Source of the DNA: Verrucomicrobiota bacterium
Lineage (GTDB): Bacteria; Verrucomicrobiota; Verrucomicrobiia; Limisphaerales; AAA164-E04
NCBI GenBank assembly: GCA_047947115.1
Contig: CP170459.1
Coordinates: forward strand, 4,960,001-5,024,000
Length of the DNA stretch: 64,000 nt
Direction: 5' to 3'
The translations under genes were made by a program, and so were the position numbers. Positions within the stretch are counted from its first letter, which is position 1. Each line of letters begins with the position of its first letter. The notes beneath the pieces are model-generated. The model saw nothing but the letters and a program-made list of their open reading frames with translations, was not told where the DNA came from and searched no databases. Of the stretch, positions 51,268-61,050 are shown piece after piece.

Positions 51268-51528
51268 TCAAGCCTTTCCATTTTTCGAAACTTCGACTTC
51301 CAACAAACTTTTCTGAGCGGCTTCTTTAAGTTCAGACTCACTCAATCCCTTCCACCCCAAAGACCGTGGTTTGGGAGGTGTCCAGTCCTTTTGCCCATCT
51401 CCATAAACACTAAGCATGTACTCAATTCCCCGCCTTGCCAATTCTGCCATCGAGATTTCCTTCTTCTGACATAACATTCTTGCACGCATGTGAATGTCGT
51501 CAGGGAGCTGAATCTGAGTCCGCGTCAT
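51268..51528 (-). CDS. Ribbon-helix-helix antitoxin (VapB-like)
   Basis: MTRTQIQLPD...ISMAELARRG RHH pattern; lies 3 nt upstream of the PIN gene. Confidence 0.85.
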   Translation of the reverse strand: MTRTQIQLPDDIHMRARMLCQKKEISMAELARRGIEYMLSVYGDGQKDWTPPKPRSLGWKGLSESELKEAAQKSLLEVEVSKNGKA

Positions 51529-51534
51529 GCCATA

Positions 51535-51572
51535 ATTTTAACATCAGGTAATTTGATGTCAATTTAACATCA
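51535..51572 (-). promoter_or_regulatory. TA promoter with overlapping inverted-repeat operator
   Basis: Minus strand TTGACA-N16-TAAAAT-N6-ATG. Plus strand ACATCA-N7-TGATGT-N7-ACATCA. Confidence 0.8.
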
Positions 51573-51607
51573 CCGCGTCTTGGTTACTCAAAAAAATATT
51601 CACCAAA

Positions 51608-51632
51608 CGTAGCAGCGCTTGCCAAAGCGTGG
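51608..51632 (+). repeat. GTAG-type REP-like palindrome
   Basis: CGTAGCAG-CGCTT-GCCA-AAGCG-TGG. Confidence 0.45.
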
Positions 51633-52174
51633 ATACCTTTTGGTAAAGGCGCCTACTTTTTATGGGGACTCGACGACTACCATCTCCCTGCCGCTCGCCC
51701 AGTAAATGTCAGGGTGGCGTCGGAGTTCTTGTGCGTCAGTGCTGCTGTTCCTTTTGATCAGCCAATGAGGCCTTGCAGTTTCTCCAGTGGGCAATGTCTC
51801 CTCTTGTTTAAGGCGCAAAAACCATCGAGGTTCCTGATCCTTAAAAAAACGGATGCCAGGGCTATTTCAAAATCCTGAAATTGGAGCCCCTGCTGTTTCA
51901 TGTGGGTTTCGCAGATACTATTTGTAGTCAAGATTTGATCATAAATGGAGCCATCTGTATATGAGGCTCTCTCCATACGCCCAATTATCAAATGTCATCA
52001 CATCCTTCATATCTGCGTTCATCCGCGATCTGCGGATATAACGTGTCCCAGCTTCGGGTTGCATACCTGTGATTCAACCTCCAAAATCTTTCGGGAGTGT
52101 CTCCATCAAGCGAAAACGGCACTACCGGACTAAGCCAGGCAGCGCCGTTTTATGACGAATTGAGCCAAATTAGA

Positions 52175-53551
52175 TCAACCCACCGAAGGAGGTGCGAATC
52201 CGTCGCGGTAACTGCGGGACAGAATTTGCTTATTGGCTTCTTCGTGGTTGGTGAAAGTATGTGTTTTGGCGTCCCACAGCAGTTCTTGACCTGGGAATCG
52301 GGTAGCCTTGACCGCGAGAAGAGCGGGTTCGGTGATGCGCACGCCGATTTGGAAAGGCGTCCAAATAAACTTTTTGGCTCCCAGACAGTTATCTGCCCAG
52401 TCTTCCCAGTGATGACGTGGTTCCACTCTCGCGAGGGGTTCGTTTTCAACCACTTTGCCCTTGCGGAAGATCGTGATACCTCCATTGGCTTCCAGAAGAA
52501 GCGTTCCTTCTTCACAAACAACCATGGTACGATTGGCTCCCACCTTCATTGGAGGCAAGCCAAGGGCTGAAAATGATGGTAGTAATCCTGTGTCATTGTA
52601 GTGCACCACAAACTTCTCACGAGCAAAATTACTGCCTCCCGGGAAGGTAATAGTGCTCTGATTGTGGGACGTATGACCATCGTTTGACGGACGTGGCGTG
52701 TGGGTCAACACGGACTCAGGAGAAGGCAGATCATAGGCAAAAAACAACAGATCCAGCAAATGACATCCCCAATCCGCCAGTTGACCACCTCCGGTTTCCC
52801 AGAACCCCCGCCAACGACGCGGTGCCAAATCATCGCTGTAAGCGATATCTCGAGTGATCGGCCCACGCCACAGGTCCCAGTTCAGATTCGACGGAACCGG
52901 CTTGGCGGCAGGCAGATCGCTCCAAGGATCCGGGAAGTAATGTCCACGTGAAACACCACCGGTCCAGACATAGGCTTCCACCGGACGTCCCAGTTGGTTG
53001 CGTTTCAAGAGTTCAACAGACTGCATGCGACCTTCGTGGCAAGCGCGCTGGTTGCCCATCTGGGTTACCAGATCAGGGCGGGCGGCCAATCCTTCGCGGA
53101 TCATGCGCAGCTCATCCAGCTGGTGAACGAGCGGTTTTTGACCAAAAATATGTTTCCCGTGCTTAATGGCAGTCATCATCATGGGCGCGTGATGGAAATC
53201 CGGCGTATCCACGATCACGGCATCGAACTGATCGGAGCGATCGGCAAAGGCCTGACGATAATCCGAAACCTTCCAGGCTCGATGCTCATCAGCCACCTTG
53301 TTCATGACGTCACTGTCCACATCACAGAATCCGACGAACTTGGACCGCTCGTGGTTCTTGAGTCCATTGCGCTGCAAGCCGCCAATGCCGCCTACACCGA
53401 TCTGGAAGATCTGAAGCCTGCTGTTCTTGTTGGTTTGCGCACGAGTTGAGAAGGAAGGAGCGGCCATCAGTGTGGTCACAATGGCCCCATTTCGAAGAAA
53501 AGTGCGCCGCGTCACGCGTGCCGCCAGTTTATTGGACTTGGTAGTTTTCAT
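52175..53551 (-). CDS. Tat-exported Gfo/Idh/MocA oxidoreductase
   Basis: TRRTFL Tat motif, IGVGGIG, TPDFHH, QKPL, QMGNQ, DWGCH. Start ATG 53551, downstream of TTGTGG-N17-TAAGAT. Confidence 0.9.
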   Translation of the reverse strand: MKTTKSNKLAARVTRRTFLRNGAIVTTLMAAPSFSTRAQTNKNSRLQIFQIGVGGIGGLQRNGLKNHERSKFVGFCDVDSDVMNKVADEHRAWKVSDYRQAFADRSDQFDAVIVDTPDFHHAPMMMTAIKHGKHIFGQKPLVHQLDELRMIREGLAARPDLVTQMGNQRACHEGRMQSVELLKRNQLGRPVEAYVWTGGVSRGHYFPDPWSDLPAAKPVPSNLNWDLWRGPITRDIAYSDDLAPRRWRGFWETGGGQLADWGCHLLDLLFFAYDLPSPESVLTHTPRPSNDGHTSHNQSTITFPGGSNFAREKFVVHYNDTGLLPSFSALGLPPMKVGANRTMVVCEEGTLLLEANGGITIFRKGKVVENEPLARVEPRHHWEDWADNCLGAKKFIWTPFQIGVRITEPALLAVKATRFPGQELLWDAKTHTFTNHEEANKQILSRSYRDGFAPPSVG

Positions 53552-53730
53552 AGGAATCCCGCACATCTTAGCCGGCAAAACGACATCCCACAAGCGCAAG
53601 AATGAATCCGAAAACGCAAAAGAACAATATAGGTTGAAGGGAAAGCAATATGGCTGCATGGAAGGATTTTCAAGACAGCAACCCCAGTCTGTCATTGAAA
53701 CGCTGTGGGCAAAGCTATATACATGACCTG

Positions 53731-54798
53731 ATGATGTTTCATGTTGTAAAAAAAGTAATGACGTACGGCTGGCTGATGCTTTTCCTGGCGGCCTCCCAGC
53801 CGGTTCAAGGAGCAACCATCAGTTCACGCGTTCTGGATCTGCCCTTTGCCTACAGTGACACCCCCAACATCATCGAAACATCCGAGGGACTTTTGATGGT
53901 CTGGGCAAGTGGCACGCGGGAAGGTTATTCAGATGTCAAACTCTATCGTGCACATTGGAGCGGTCATGCCTGGACCACCCCCAAAGAAGTTGCCGCCTTC
54001 GAACGCGAAGGGTCAGGTATCCAGGAAGCCTGCTGGAATCCTGTTCTGGTCCAGGGCCCGGAACGTCAACTGGCCTTGTTTTACCAAGTTGGCTCAAGTC
54101 GCGCTTCCTGGGAAGGACGGATGAAGTTTTCCTATGACGGCGGTCATTCATGGACCCCTGCGCAGGATTTACCCAATGGCTACCACGGCCCTGTCAAAAA
54201 CAAATCAGTCGAATTGCCCAACGGCAAGTTTCTTTGCCCCTCGAGTCTGGCCGTCGCAGGCTGGCAGATCCAAATGGAATTTGCCACCCCCTTCAGGGAA
54301 AACTGGGGTTGGCGCAAATCCAAACCTCTGAATTCTCCAACAGAATATCGAGCCACCGATCCCGTCATCCTGATGCATGATGCCGAACATATCCAGGTGT
54401 TGTGCCGATCCAAACAAGGATATATGACAGAACTCTGGACCCACAACGGCACCAAGACCTGGACGAATATGAAACGCGGCCCCCTTCCCAACCCCAACAG
54501 CGCCTTTGACGTGATCAAAATTCATGATGGAAGATTTGTCCTCGTTTACAACCACAGCTCCCGGTTTACCGACAGGATCAATCTGGCGGTCAGCAAGGAT
54601 GGTAAAAACTGGGAAGCCGTCAGTGTGCTGGACCAGTCTCCATCCACCCGAATTGAAAACCCGTCCATCATCCAATACCTCAACGGTCATTTGCATTTGG
54701 TATACGTCATCAATCAAAACCGGTTCAAACACGTCCGACTTGATCCCATGGTCTTCAACGGGAAACCGATCATCGATGGCGTTTGGCCGATCCAGTAA
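53731..54798 (+). CDS. BNR_2/sialidase-family beta-propeller protein
   Basis: GTREG..DV, CWNPVL, SYDGGHSW, GPVKNK, LPNPNS, SKDGKNW. Start uncertain (53731 or 53758). Confidence 0.85.
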   Translation: MMFHVVKKVMTYGWLMLFLAASQPVQGATISSRVLDLPFAYSDTPNIIETSEGLLMVWASGTREGYSDVKLYRAHWSGHAWTTPKEVAAFEREGSGIQEACWNPVLVQGPERQLALFYQVGSSRASWEGRMKFSYDGGHSWTPAQDLPNGYHGPVKNKSVELPNGKFLCPSSLAVAGWQIQMEFATPFRENWGWRKSKPLNSPTEYRATDPVILMHDAEHIQVLCRSKQGYMTELWTHNGTKTWTNMKRGPLPNPNSAFDVIKIHDGRFVLVYNHSSRFTDRINLAVSKDGKNWEAVSVLDQSPSTRIENPSIIQYLNGHLHLVYVINQNRFKHVRLDPMVFNGKPIIDGVWPIQ

Positions 54799-54898
54799 GA
54801 AACAACTTGGAACAAGTTACTCCCTGAACTGCGGAGGAAGCTTGCGGAAGCCGTTCAATCATGTTTGGATGCTTCCAGACTGATACAACGCATTCCAT

Positions 54899-55366
54899 AT
54901 GAGCGCAGAAGCAAACATTACAAAACTGAATCTCACCCTTCCTCCTGCCCCAGCACCGGCAGGCGTATACAAACCGGTCGTCCTGCAGGGAAGCCTTGCC
55001 TATGTTTCTGGACAAGGCCCTGTCACGCAGGATGGATCGCTTTTGACAGGCAGGGTTGGAGCGGACGTGGACAAAGAACAGGGCAAACTCGCCGCCCGTC
55101 AAGTGGGATTAACCATGTTGTCCACCCTGAAGAGCCAGATTGGCAGCCTCGACCGTATCGCCCGAGTGATCAAACTTCTCGGCATGGTGAACTCCACACC
55201 TGATTTCGGAGAGCACCCCTATGTAATCAACGGATGCAGCGAACTCTTCGCGGAAGTTTTCGGCAGCGACAATGGCATCGGCGCACGCAGCGCTGTCGGC
55301 ATGGGATCACTGCCCGGTAACATCACCGTGGAAATCGAGGCCATTTTCGAATTAAAACCGGAATAG
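54899..55366 (+). CDS. Rid (YjgF/YER057c/UK114) family protein
   Basis: P.PAGVY, YVSGQGP, VINGCSEL, ARSAVG..SLP...VEIE. Confidence 0.92.
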   Translation: MSAEANITKLNLTLPPAPAPAGVYKPVVLQGSLAYVSGQGPVTQDGSLLTGRVGADVDKEQGKLAARQVGLTMLSTLKSQIGSLDRIARVIKLLGMVNSTPDFGEHPYVINGCSELFAEVFGSDNGIGARSAVGMGSLPGNITVEIEAIFELKPE

Positions 55367-55397
55367 CCCCCAACCTCTCAGCCGAACCAATACGCCC

Positions 55398-56519
55398 ATG
55401 GAAGATCCTTCAACCGATTGGTTCAGTATTCAGAATGCGGACAAACTGAGTTCTCCGGCACTTCTGGTCTATCCGGACCGGGTCCAAAACAATATCAAAC
55501 GCATGCTGCAAAGGGTCGACAACGACCCCGCGCGCCTGTGCCCGCACGTCAAGACCATCAAAACGGAAGCATTGATCCGCATGATGGTGAACGAAGGGAT
55601 CACCCAGTTCAAATGCGCCACGATTGCCGAAGGGGAAACAGCGCTCAAAGCCGGTGCCCTATCCGTTCTCCTCGCTGTCCAACCCTCAAAGCCTGTGGCG
55701 GAACGATGGATCACACTGGCTAAAGCCTATCCGGATCGATCCCTTTCGACTGTGGTGGATTGTCTGGAATCCCTGCAAATGCTCGGACAATTGGCCGGGG
55801 ATCAACAGGCAGCGTTTAATCTTTATCTGGACCTGAATGTGGGGATGAACCGAACGGGCATAACTCCCGGACCGGCAGCTTTGGAACTTGTGGACTCCAT
55901 CCAATCTACGAAAGGTCTCAACTTCAACGGTCTTCACGCCTACGACGGACACTTGCATCAACCCGATATCAAAGAACGTCAAGAAGCTTGTGATGACTGG
56001 CACCGCTCACTGCGCGCATTTGCAGATCAAGTAAAGCAACATACAGGGACGCCCCCTCGTATCATAGCGGGAGGCACACCAACCTTTCCCATGCATGCGG
56101 CGACCAGTGATCTGATCTGCAGCCCCGGCACATGTGTTTTGTGGGATGCCGGCTATGCCCATCATTTCAAGGATCTTGATTTTCTCTGGGCGCTGGTTGT
56201 GATGTGTCGAGTGATATCCAAGCCCACTCCGAACACCCTTTGTCTGGATCTGGGCCACAAGGCTATCGCCTCGGAAATGTCACCTCCGCGCATCGCCTTC
56301 TTCAATCTTGAAGCAGGGTCATTTGTGTCCCACAGCGAAGAACATCTCGTGGTCTCCTCCCCACAAGCCTCTAGACTCAAAGTCGGATCCATCCTGTATG
56401 GAGTCCCCTGGCATGTCTGCCCTACCGTGGCGCTGCACCAGCAACTCCATGTCGTCGAGAACCATCAGGCCACCTCAACCTGGGAAGTCGTGGCAAGAAA
56501 CCGCACGATCAATTACTGA
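55398..56519 (+). CDS. Fold-type III PLP enzyme, D-threonine aldolase/D-serine dehydratase family
   Basis: SPAL, PHVKT (PLP Lys), KCATIAE, GMNRTG, YDGH, GGTPT, SEEH, PWHVCPTV. Confidence 0.9.
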   Translation: MEDPSTDWFSIQNADKLSSPALLVYPDRVQNNIKRMLQRVDNDPARLCPHVKTIKTEALIRMMVNEGITQFKCATIAEGETALKAGALSVLLAVQPSKPVAERWITLAKAYPDRSLSTVVDCLESLQMLGQLAGDQQAAFNLYLDLNVGMNRTGITPGPAALELVDSIQSTKGLNFNGLHAYDGHLHQPDIKERQEACDDWHRSLRAFADQVKQHTGTPPRIIAGGTPTFPMHAATSDLICSPGTCVLWDAGYAHHFKDLDFLWALVVMCRVISKPTPNTLCLDLGHKAIASEMSPPRIAFFNLEAGSFVSHSEEHLVVSSPQASRLKVGSILYGVPWHVCPTVALHQQLHVVENHQATSTWEVVARNRTINY

Positions 56520-56579
56520 TCGCAAACGGCGCCGTCACACTATCCTACAACCTTGAGATTGAGTAGCTGCGAACACAAC

Positions 56580-57938
56580 CTAGATACCAGCCAATCGCGT
56601 GTCGGAATCTCCGAAATGCTCGAGTTTGACGTCCATGCGATCCATGATGGAGAGGTAGAAACTGCAAAGCTTGCGGTCTTCGTCTGATTTGTCCAGGTAG
56701 TTGAGGACACGTCCTGTTTCCAACGTACCATCCAGACCGCCCAGGGTCAGCAAAGGCACTTTGGTGGAGTCGTGTTTACTGCCGGACCACATATTGGAAA
56801 TCCAAATCAGGCAGGAATGATCCAACACCGTCCCCTCCCCTTCCGGCATGGCGTCAAGGCGCCGGGCAAGGTGAGCCATCTGGCTGACGTAATAGCGGGT
56901 GATGCGTTCGAACTCATCAGACTCGTCATGGTGGGATGCGGAGTGATGTGCATTGCGGGCATCCAGAAACGGGTAAAACAAACCGGAAATATCCCGACAC
57001 AACAACAGGGTCGCCACGCGGGTTTTGTCGGTTTGAAATGCCAACGCAATGATGTCGCACATCAGGCGCATGTGTTCCCGGATGTCTTCGGGTAAACCGT
57101 TCTCCGGTCGTTCCATGGTGAACAGTTTGGCCGGTTTATCCAGCACCACGTCATCGGCTTTGTCCTTGAGCTGTCGTAGTGATTCAATGCGTTTTTCCAC
57201 TTCTCGCACACTGGTCAGGTATTCGTCCAATTTGGCCTTGTCGGCGCTGCTGACCTGGCGACTCAAATCGCCTGCCTGCTCCATCACACGATCCAGGATA
57301 CTCAGGTTGCGCATGTTCCCCTTGTTTTCGTACAGGCTGTCGAAAGCCAGTGATGGATAGACTTCCATGGGCACGGGCGAGGATTCGTTTTGCCATGAAA
57401 TGTGTGAACCGTAAGCCATGGAAAAATTGGTTTCGTGGTATCCGGTCACCGGCTGTTCACAACCCAGTACCATGCTCGGTTGAACCGTTTGCAGCCCGAT
57501 ATGATTGGCCAGCACCTGGTCCATGCTGATGTCGCCGCGAAGCTCGGAACCCTTTTTCAGGGCGGCGCCGGAAAGGAGGTTACCGGTCTGACCGGGGTGA
57601 ATCCCCACTCCGGTGGCGTTTTTATTGAATAGTCCGGAGATGTAATTCAGTTTCTTTTTAAAGGGCACCAGGGGCTCAAGGCTCTTCCCCAGTGTGAGCC
57701 CCTGCTCGCCTTGCTTGGCCCAGAAATGATGTTTATTGACCCCGTTGGCCATGAAAAGTGCGGCGAATCGTTTGGGGTATGGGTGCACTTTGGAGGTGGA
57801 TCCCGGCTCATTGCCCCAGACGGAAACCGATTCCAGCCAGGGTAGTGCCATCACCACGCCTGTTCCCCGAAGGAACCGGCGCCGTGAAAAGGCGTTCTCA
57901 CGAATGTTCCGTTGCTTGCGTGCGTTCATCTTGTTCAT
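56580..57938 (-). CDS. DUF1552 Tat-exported protein
   Basis: SRRRFLRG.G..MALPWLES, SMDQ, ISW, LDEYL.SVRE.E.R, AFQTD.TRV, HH.ASH. TGATG overlap with the upstream gene. Confidence 0.92.
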   Translation of the reverse strand: MNKMNARKQRNIRENAFSRRRFLRGTGVVMALPWLESVSVWGNEPGSTSKVHPYPKRFAALFMANGVNKHHFWAKQGEQGLTLGKSLEPLVPFKKKLNYISGLFNKNATGVGIHPGQTGNLLSGAALKKGSELRGDISMDQVLANHIGLQTVQPSMVLGCEQPVTGYHETNFSMAYGSHISWQNESSPVPMEVYPSLAFDSLYENKGNMRNLSILDRVMEQAGDLSRQVSSADKAKLDEYLTSVREVEKRIESLRQLKDKADDVVLDKPAKLFTMERPENGLPEDIREHMRLMCDIIALAFQTDKTRVATLLLCRDISGLFYPFLDARNAHHSASHHDESDEFERITRYYVSQMAHLARRLDAMPEGEGTVLDHSCLIWISNMWSGSKHDSTKVPLLTLGGLDGTLETGRVLNYLDKSDEDRKLCSFYLSIMDRMDVKLEHFGDSDTRLAGI

Positions 57939-60900
57939 CACTCGTTGTTCTGCGCCAAGGTCTCCATACCTCGTCGATTCAAAAACTGCGGACTTGTCAC
58001 AATGCTTTCCAGTAAAATCTGGAAACGATATCCATGCTTTGCTAGACGGGTCTGCATGGTTTCCAATATCGGTTCATCCGATGGAACCAAACTTCGTCCC
58101 AAGGCATAAGCAAACAATTTCCGACAAAGCTGATTCACGAACTCGGGCTGGCGATGTTGGGCAAGATACTCTCTCAGACCATCAAGTCCAGTTCCTTCTT
58201 CACCCTTCGGGAAGACCGTCCGGTTCTCAATGGGACGTCCGGCCAGGTCAATTGCGCGCCGTTCCCCCACAGGACCGTAACCTTCAAAGGCGAGGCCAAT
58301 GGAATCAAATTTTTCATGACACGTGGCGCAATCCCGCACTTCACGATGACGTGCCAACATCTTTGCCAAAGAGAGTTCCATGGCACTTTCGTCCGGCGGC
58401 AACTCCGGCACATTAGGTGGAGGCGGAGGGATGTGCTCCCCCAACACCTGCCGCACAATCCAATAACCTCGCTTCACCGGACTGGTGCGGAGTCCTGGGG
58501 CATTGACGGTCTGGAACACGGCCATGGGCAACAATCCTCCGCGTCCATACTCTTTCACATGGATCCGTTCCCAACCGATGGCATCACGTCCTGATTGCAC
58601 TGGAATCCCATAATGCTCAGCCAATACAGGATTCACCCAGGTATGGTCGCTGTAAAGAAAGTCCAGAATGGAACGATCTGCCCGAGCCACATCCAAGAAG
58701 AATTGAAGTGGCTCCTCAAACATGGAAAGTCGCAGTGCATCCGTGAACTGGGGGAACCGTTGTCGATCGACGCTGTTGTGTGTTTGAAAACGACGAAACC
58801 CCAACCAATTGCCGGCAAACTCCACCGCCAGCCCCCGAAAACGTTGATCCTGTGTCATGCGTCGGACGTGAGCAAGAAGAACACTCTGCTCATGGAGCTG
58901 CCCGTTTTGGGCATCCCGGAGCAATGCTTCATCCGGCATGCTCGACCATAGGAAGTAACTCAAGCGACTGGCCAGGGAGAGATCCGGAACAGGATGGATC
59001 CCGGGTTGTGTTGAAGGGATGTCAAAGCGATACCAAAAATGAGGTGAAACCAGAAGGCTCGTTACACAATCACGAATGGCATCCTCATGGCTCAGATTCC
59101 CCTCCGCCATGAGTTGACTGTAGAAGGCGATCAGGTCCTGCGTTTCCGCTTGGCTCAAAGAACGACGATAAGCACGGCTTGCAAAGTCGAGTAACGCTCT
59201 TAAATGCGATGGGCGTGCCAGGAGTCGGTTTTTTTCAACCCAGCGAACACTTTTATTGATCAAGTCGAAATGCTCCTTAATTGCCTGTGCAGCCAAAGCA
59301 TCGGCCCCCATCTCCAGGGCTTTGGCAAGATATACCTCAGCCAAACGTTTGATTTTTTCTTCGGAAGTCACGTCCTTGTCTTCCGCGCGCGCGAAATCAA
59401 ATTCCTCGCCACGCATGAATCTGGAATCGGTTCGCTCGAACCAGACCAAGCCCTGATGTTGGCGCATGGGTGCATAGGCGATGAAATCCAGTTCCTGCCA
59501 AAGGGCGTCGAGTTCGATTTGTTGAACCGGGGTGAGGATCAATTGGTAGAGTGGTTGATCATCACGGAAGTAACCCATCATGCTGTGAAAACCAGCACTC
59601 AACAACCGGCCTTGTTCAACATTCTGACGGTTCTCATCGGGATCCAGGAACTCACGTCCACGTTCGGATATATAGAAAGCATCGGGGATGATCGCACAGA
59701 AGCGTTCGAGGGCGGCTTTGGCTTGGGCAACGCTGACGTTTACATCATCAGGCAAATGATCCATCTCGCGCGCATCGCGGCCCCGCGGCAGCGGGGCCCT
59801 ACCGGTAGGTGGCAATTTCAATCCCAATGCTTCATCGGATTCTTTTGGTTGGTCGATCAATCGTTGAATATCTCCCAACATTCGGTGTCTGGCTTTTTCC
59901 CGATTGCGCCAAAGCACGAAAGCCTGACACCCATTGTGAATCCCCTGGACACGAATGTGCGGAATTTCAAAGGTCAACGCAGCTCGCGCTTCTTTTGCAT
60001 AATCAACCATGGCCTGAATCTTTTCTGACACAAGCTCGGCGTCCTCTTCCTTACATGCCTCCTTCCATAACAACCTCAATCGAGCGACAGGCCCCCAATT
60101 CTGTTGTCCGTCTTCAAGCATGTCCCAGATGATCTTCAAATACTTGGTGCTTACCTGATGAGTGGATGCCGCTTCTTCTAGTGAAGCATCGGACAATGGA
60201 ATCCTACTCTTGTTCTTAATATGCCAAGCCGCACTGAAGTAATCCCCCAAATCTGTGTTTTGTTGTTGATAGAACTCGATAATACGATTGACGCAATACT
60301 TGTCCCGATCCGTTTCGGTCAAAACCGGATGGGGTGCAAATTCAAACCCATCCGGCTTCACCACCAGGTGCTCGGAAACTTGCCTGGCTGCCTCCAGATA
60401 CTTTTTCAACAAAGCGGGTGAAAGGGTCAGGGATTCGCCAGTGTTGTCAAATCCCTCTTCGTTGGCCGGATCCACCGGAAACTCGCGCGTGGGTTGGATA
60501 TCCACACCGGTTAAATCACGAATGGTGTAATTGTATTCGGCGTTGCTCAAGCGGCGGGCAAGGATGATCCCGGGATCGCCCGCGTTTTTCTCGGCTTCTT
60601 CTCGTTTTACGGCAAGAATCCAGTCGATCACTTGTTTGCGATCTTCATCACTGGGTTGAAGTTCTTCGTCCTCGGGCGGCATCTCTCTGTTTTGGAGCAT
60701 GTCCAGAATCAGTTCCCAATGACCAAAATCAGCGATCACATCACCCGTTTGCTGGTAAGGACTGACATCAAACTTGGCCTTGGGTTTGTCTCCGCTGTGG
60801 CAATCCAAACAATAACGATTCAGAAAGGGAAGAACATGCTCATCATAACTCGAAGCTAAGCGATCTCCTTCTACCGCAGCATCCATGTCCCCCAAAAGCG

Positions 60901-60970
60901 TCAACCACAATACCGACAAGACACCTTTGTAAGACAAATTCAATCGAAGATGGCATAATGAAACAATCAT
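57938..60970 (-). CDS. Cytochrome c / DUF1587-DUF1595-DUF1592-DUF1588-DUF1585 protein
   Basis: CLDCH and CATCH haem motifs, RRLSNAEYNYTIRDL, LASRLSYFLWSSMPD, TSPVKRG.W, YALGR. Start uncertain. Confidence 0.9.
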   Translation of the reverse strand: MIVSLCHLRLNLSYKGVLSVLWLTLLGDMDAAVEGDRLASSYDEHVLPFLNRYCLDCHSGDKPKAKFDVSPYQQTGDVIADFGHWELILDMLQNREMPPEDEELQPSDEDRKQVIDWILAVKREEAEKNAGDPGIILARRLSNAEYNYTIRDLTGVDIQPTREFPVDPANEEGFDNTGESLTLSPALLKKYLEAARQVSEHLVVKPDGFEFAPHPVLTETDRDKYCVNRIIEFYQQQNTDLGDYFSAAWHIKNKSRIPLSDASLEEAASTHQVSTKYLKIIWDMLEDGQQNWGPVARLRLLWKEACKEEDAELVSEKIQAMVDYAKEARAALTFEIPHIRVQGIHNGCQAFVLWRNREKARHRMLGDIQRLIDQPKESDEALGLKLPPTGRAPLPRGRDAREMDHLPDDVNVSVAQAKAALERFCAIIPDAFYISERGREFLDPDENRQNVEQGRLLSAGFHSMMGYFRDDQPLYQLILTPVQQIELDALWQELDFIAYAPMRQHQGLVWFERTDSRFMRGEEFDFARAEDKDVTSEEKIKRLAEVYLAKALEMGADALAAQAIKEHFDLINKSVRWVEKNRLLARPSHLRALLDFASRAYRRSLSQAETQDLIAFYSQLMAEGNLSHEDAIRDCVTSLLVSPHFWYRFDIPSTQPGIHPVPDLSLASRLSYFLWSSMPDEALLRDAQNGQLHEQSVLLAHVRRMTQDQRFRGLAVEFAGNWLGFRRFQTHNSVDRQRFPQFTDALRLSMFEEPLQFFLDVARADRSILDFLYSDHTWVNPVLAEHYGIPVQSGRDAIGWERIHVKEYGRGGLLPMAVFQTVNAPGLRTSPVKRGYWIVRQVLGEHIPPPPPNVPELPPDESAMELSLAKMLARHREVRDCATCHEKFDSIGLAFEGYGPVGERRAIDLAGRPIENRTVFPKGEEGTGLDGLREYLAQHRQPEFVNQLCRKLFAYALGRSLVPSDEPILETMQTRLAKHGYRFQILLESIVTSPQFLNRRGMETLAQNNE

Positions 60971-61050
60971 TGGCAAAGGACATATTTTACGCGATTCAAA
61001 CAGCCCAATCAATCCCGCAAGTAAACGAACAGGAATGGAGACTTAAACGT

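Noticed and set aside
53552..53815. Extended N-terminus of the oxidoreductase ORF overlapping the divergent sialidase ORF
   Set aside because: The Tat signal and promoter-like motif support a start at 53551; the overlap disappears with corrected starts.
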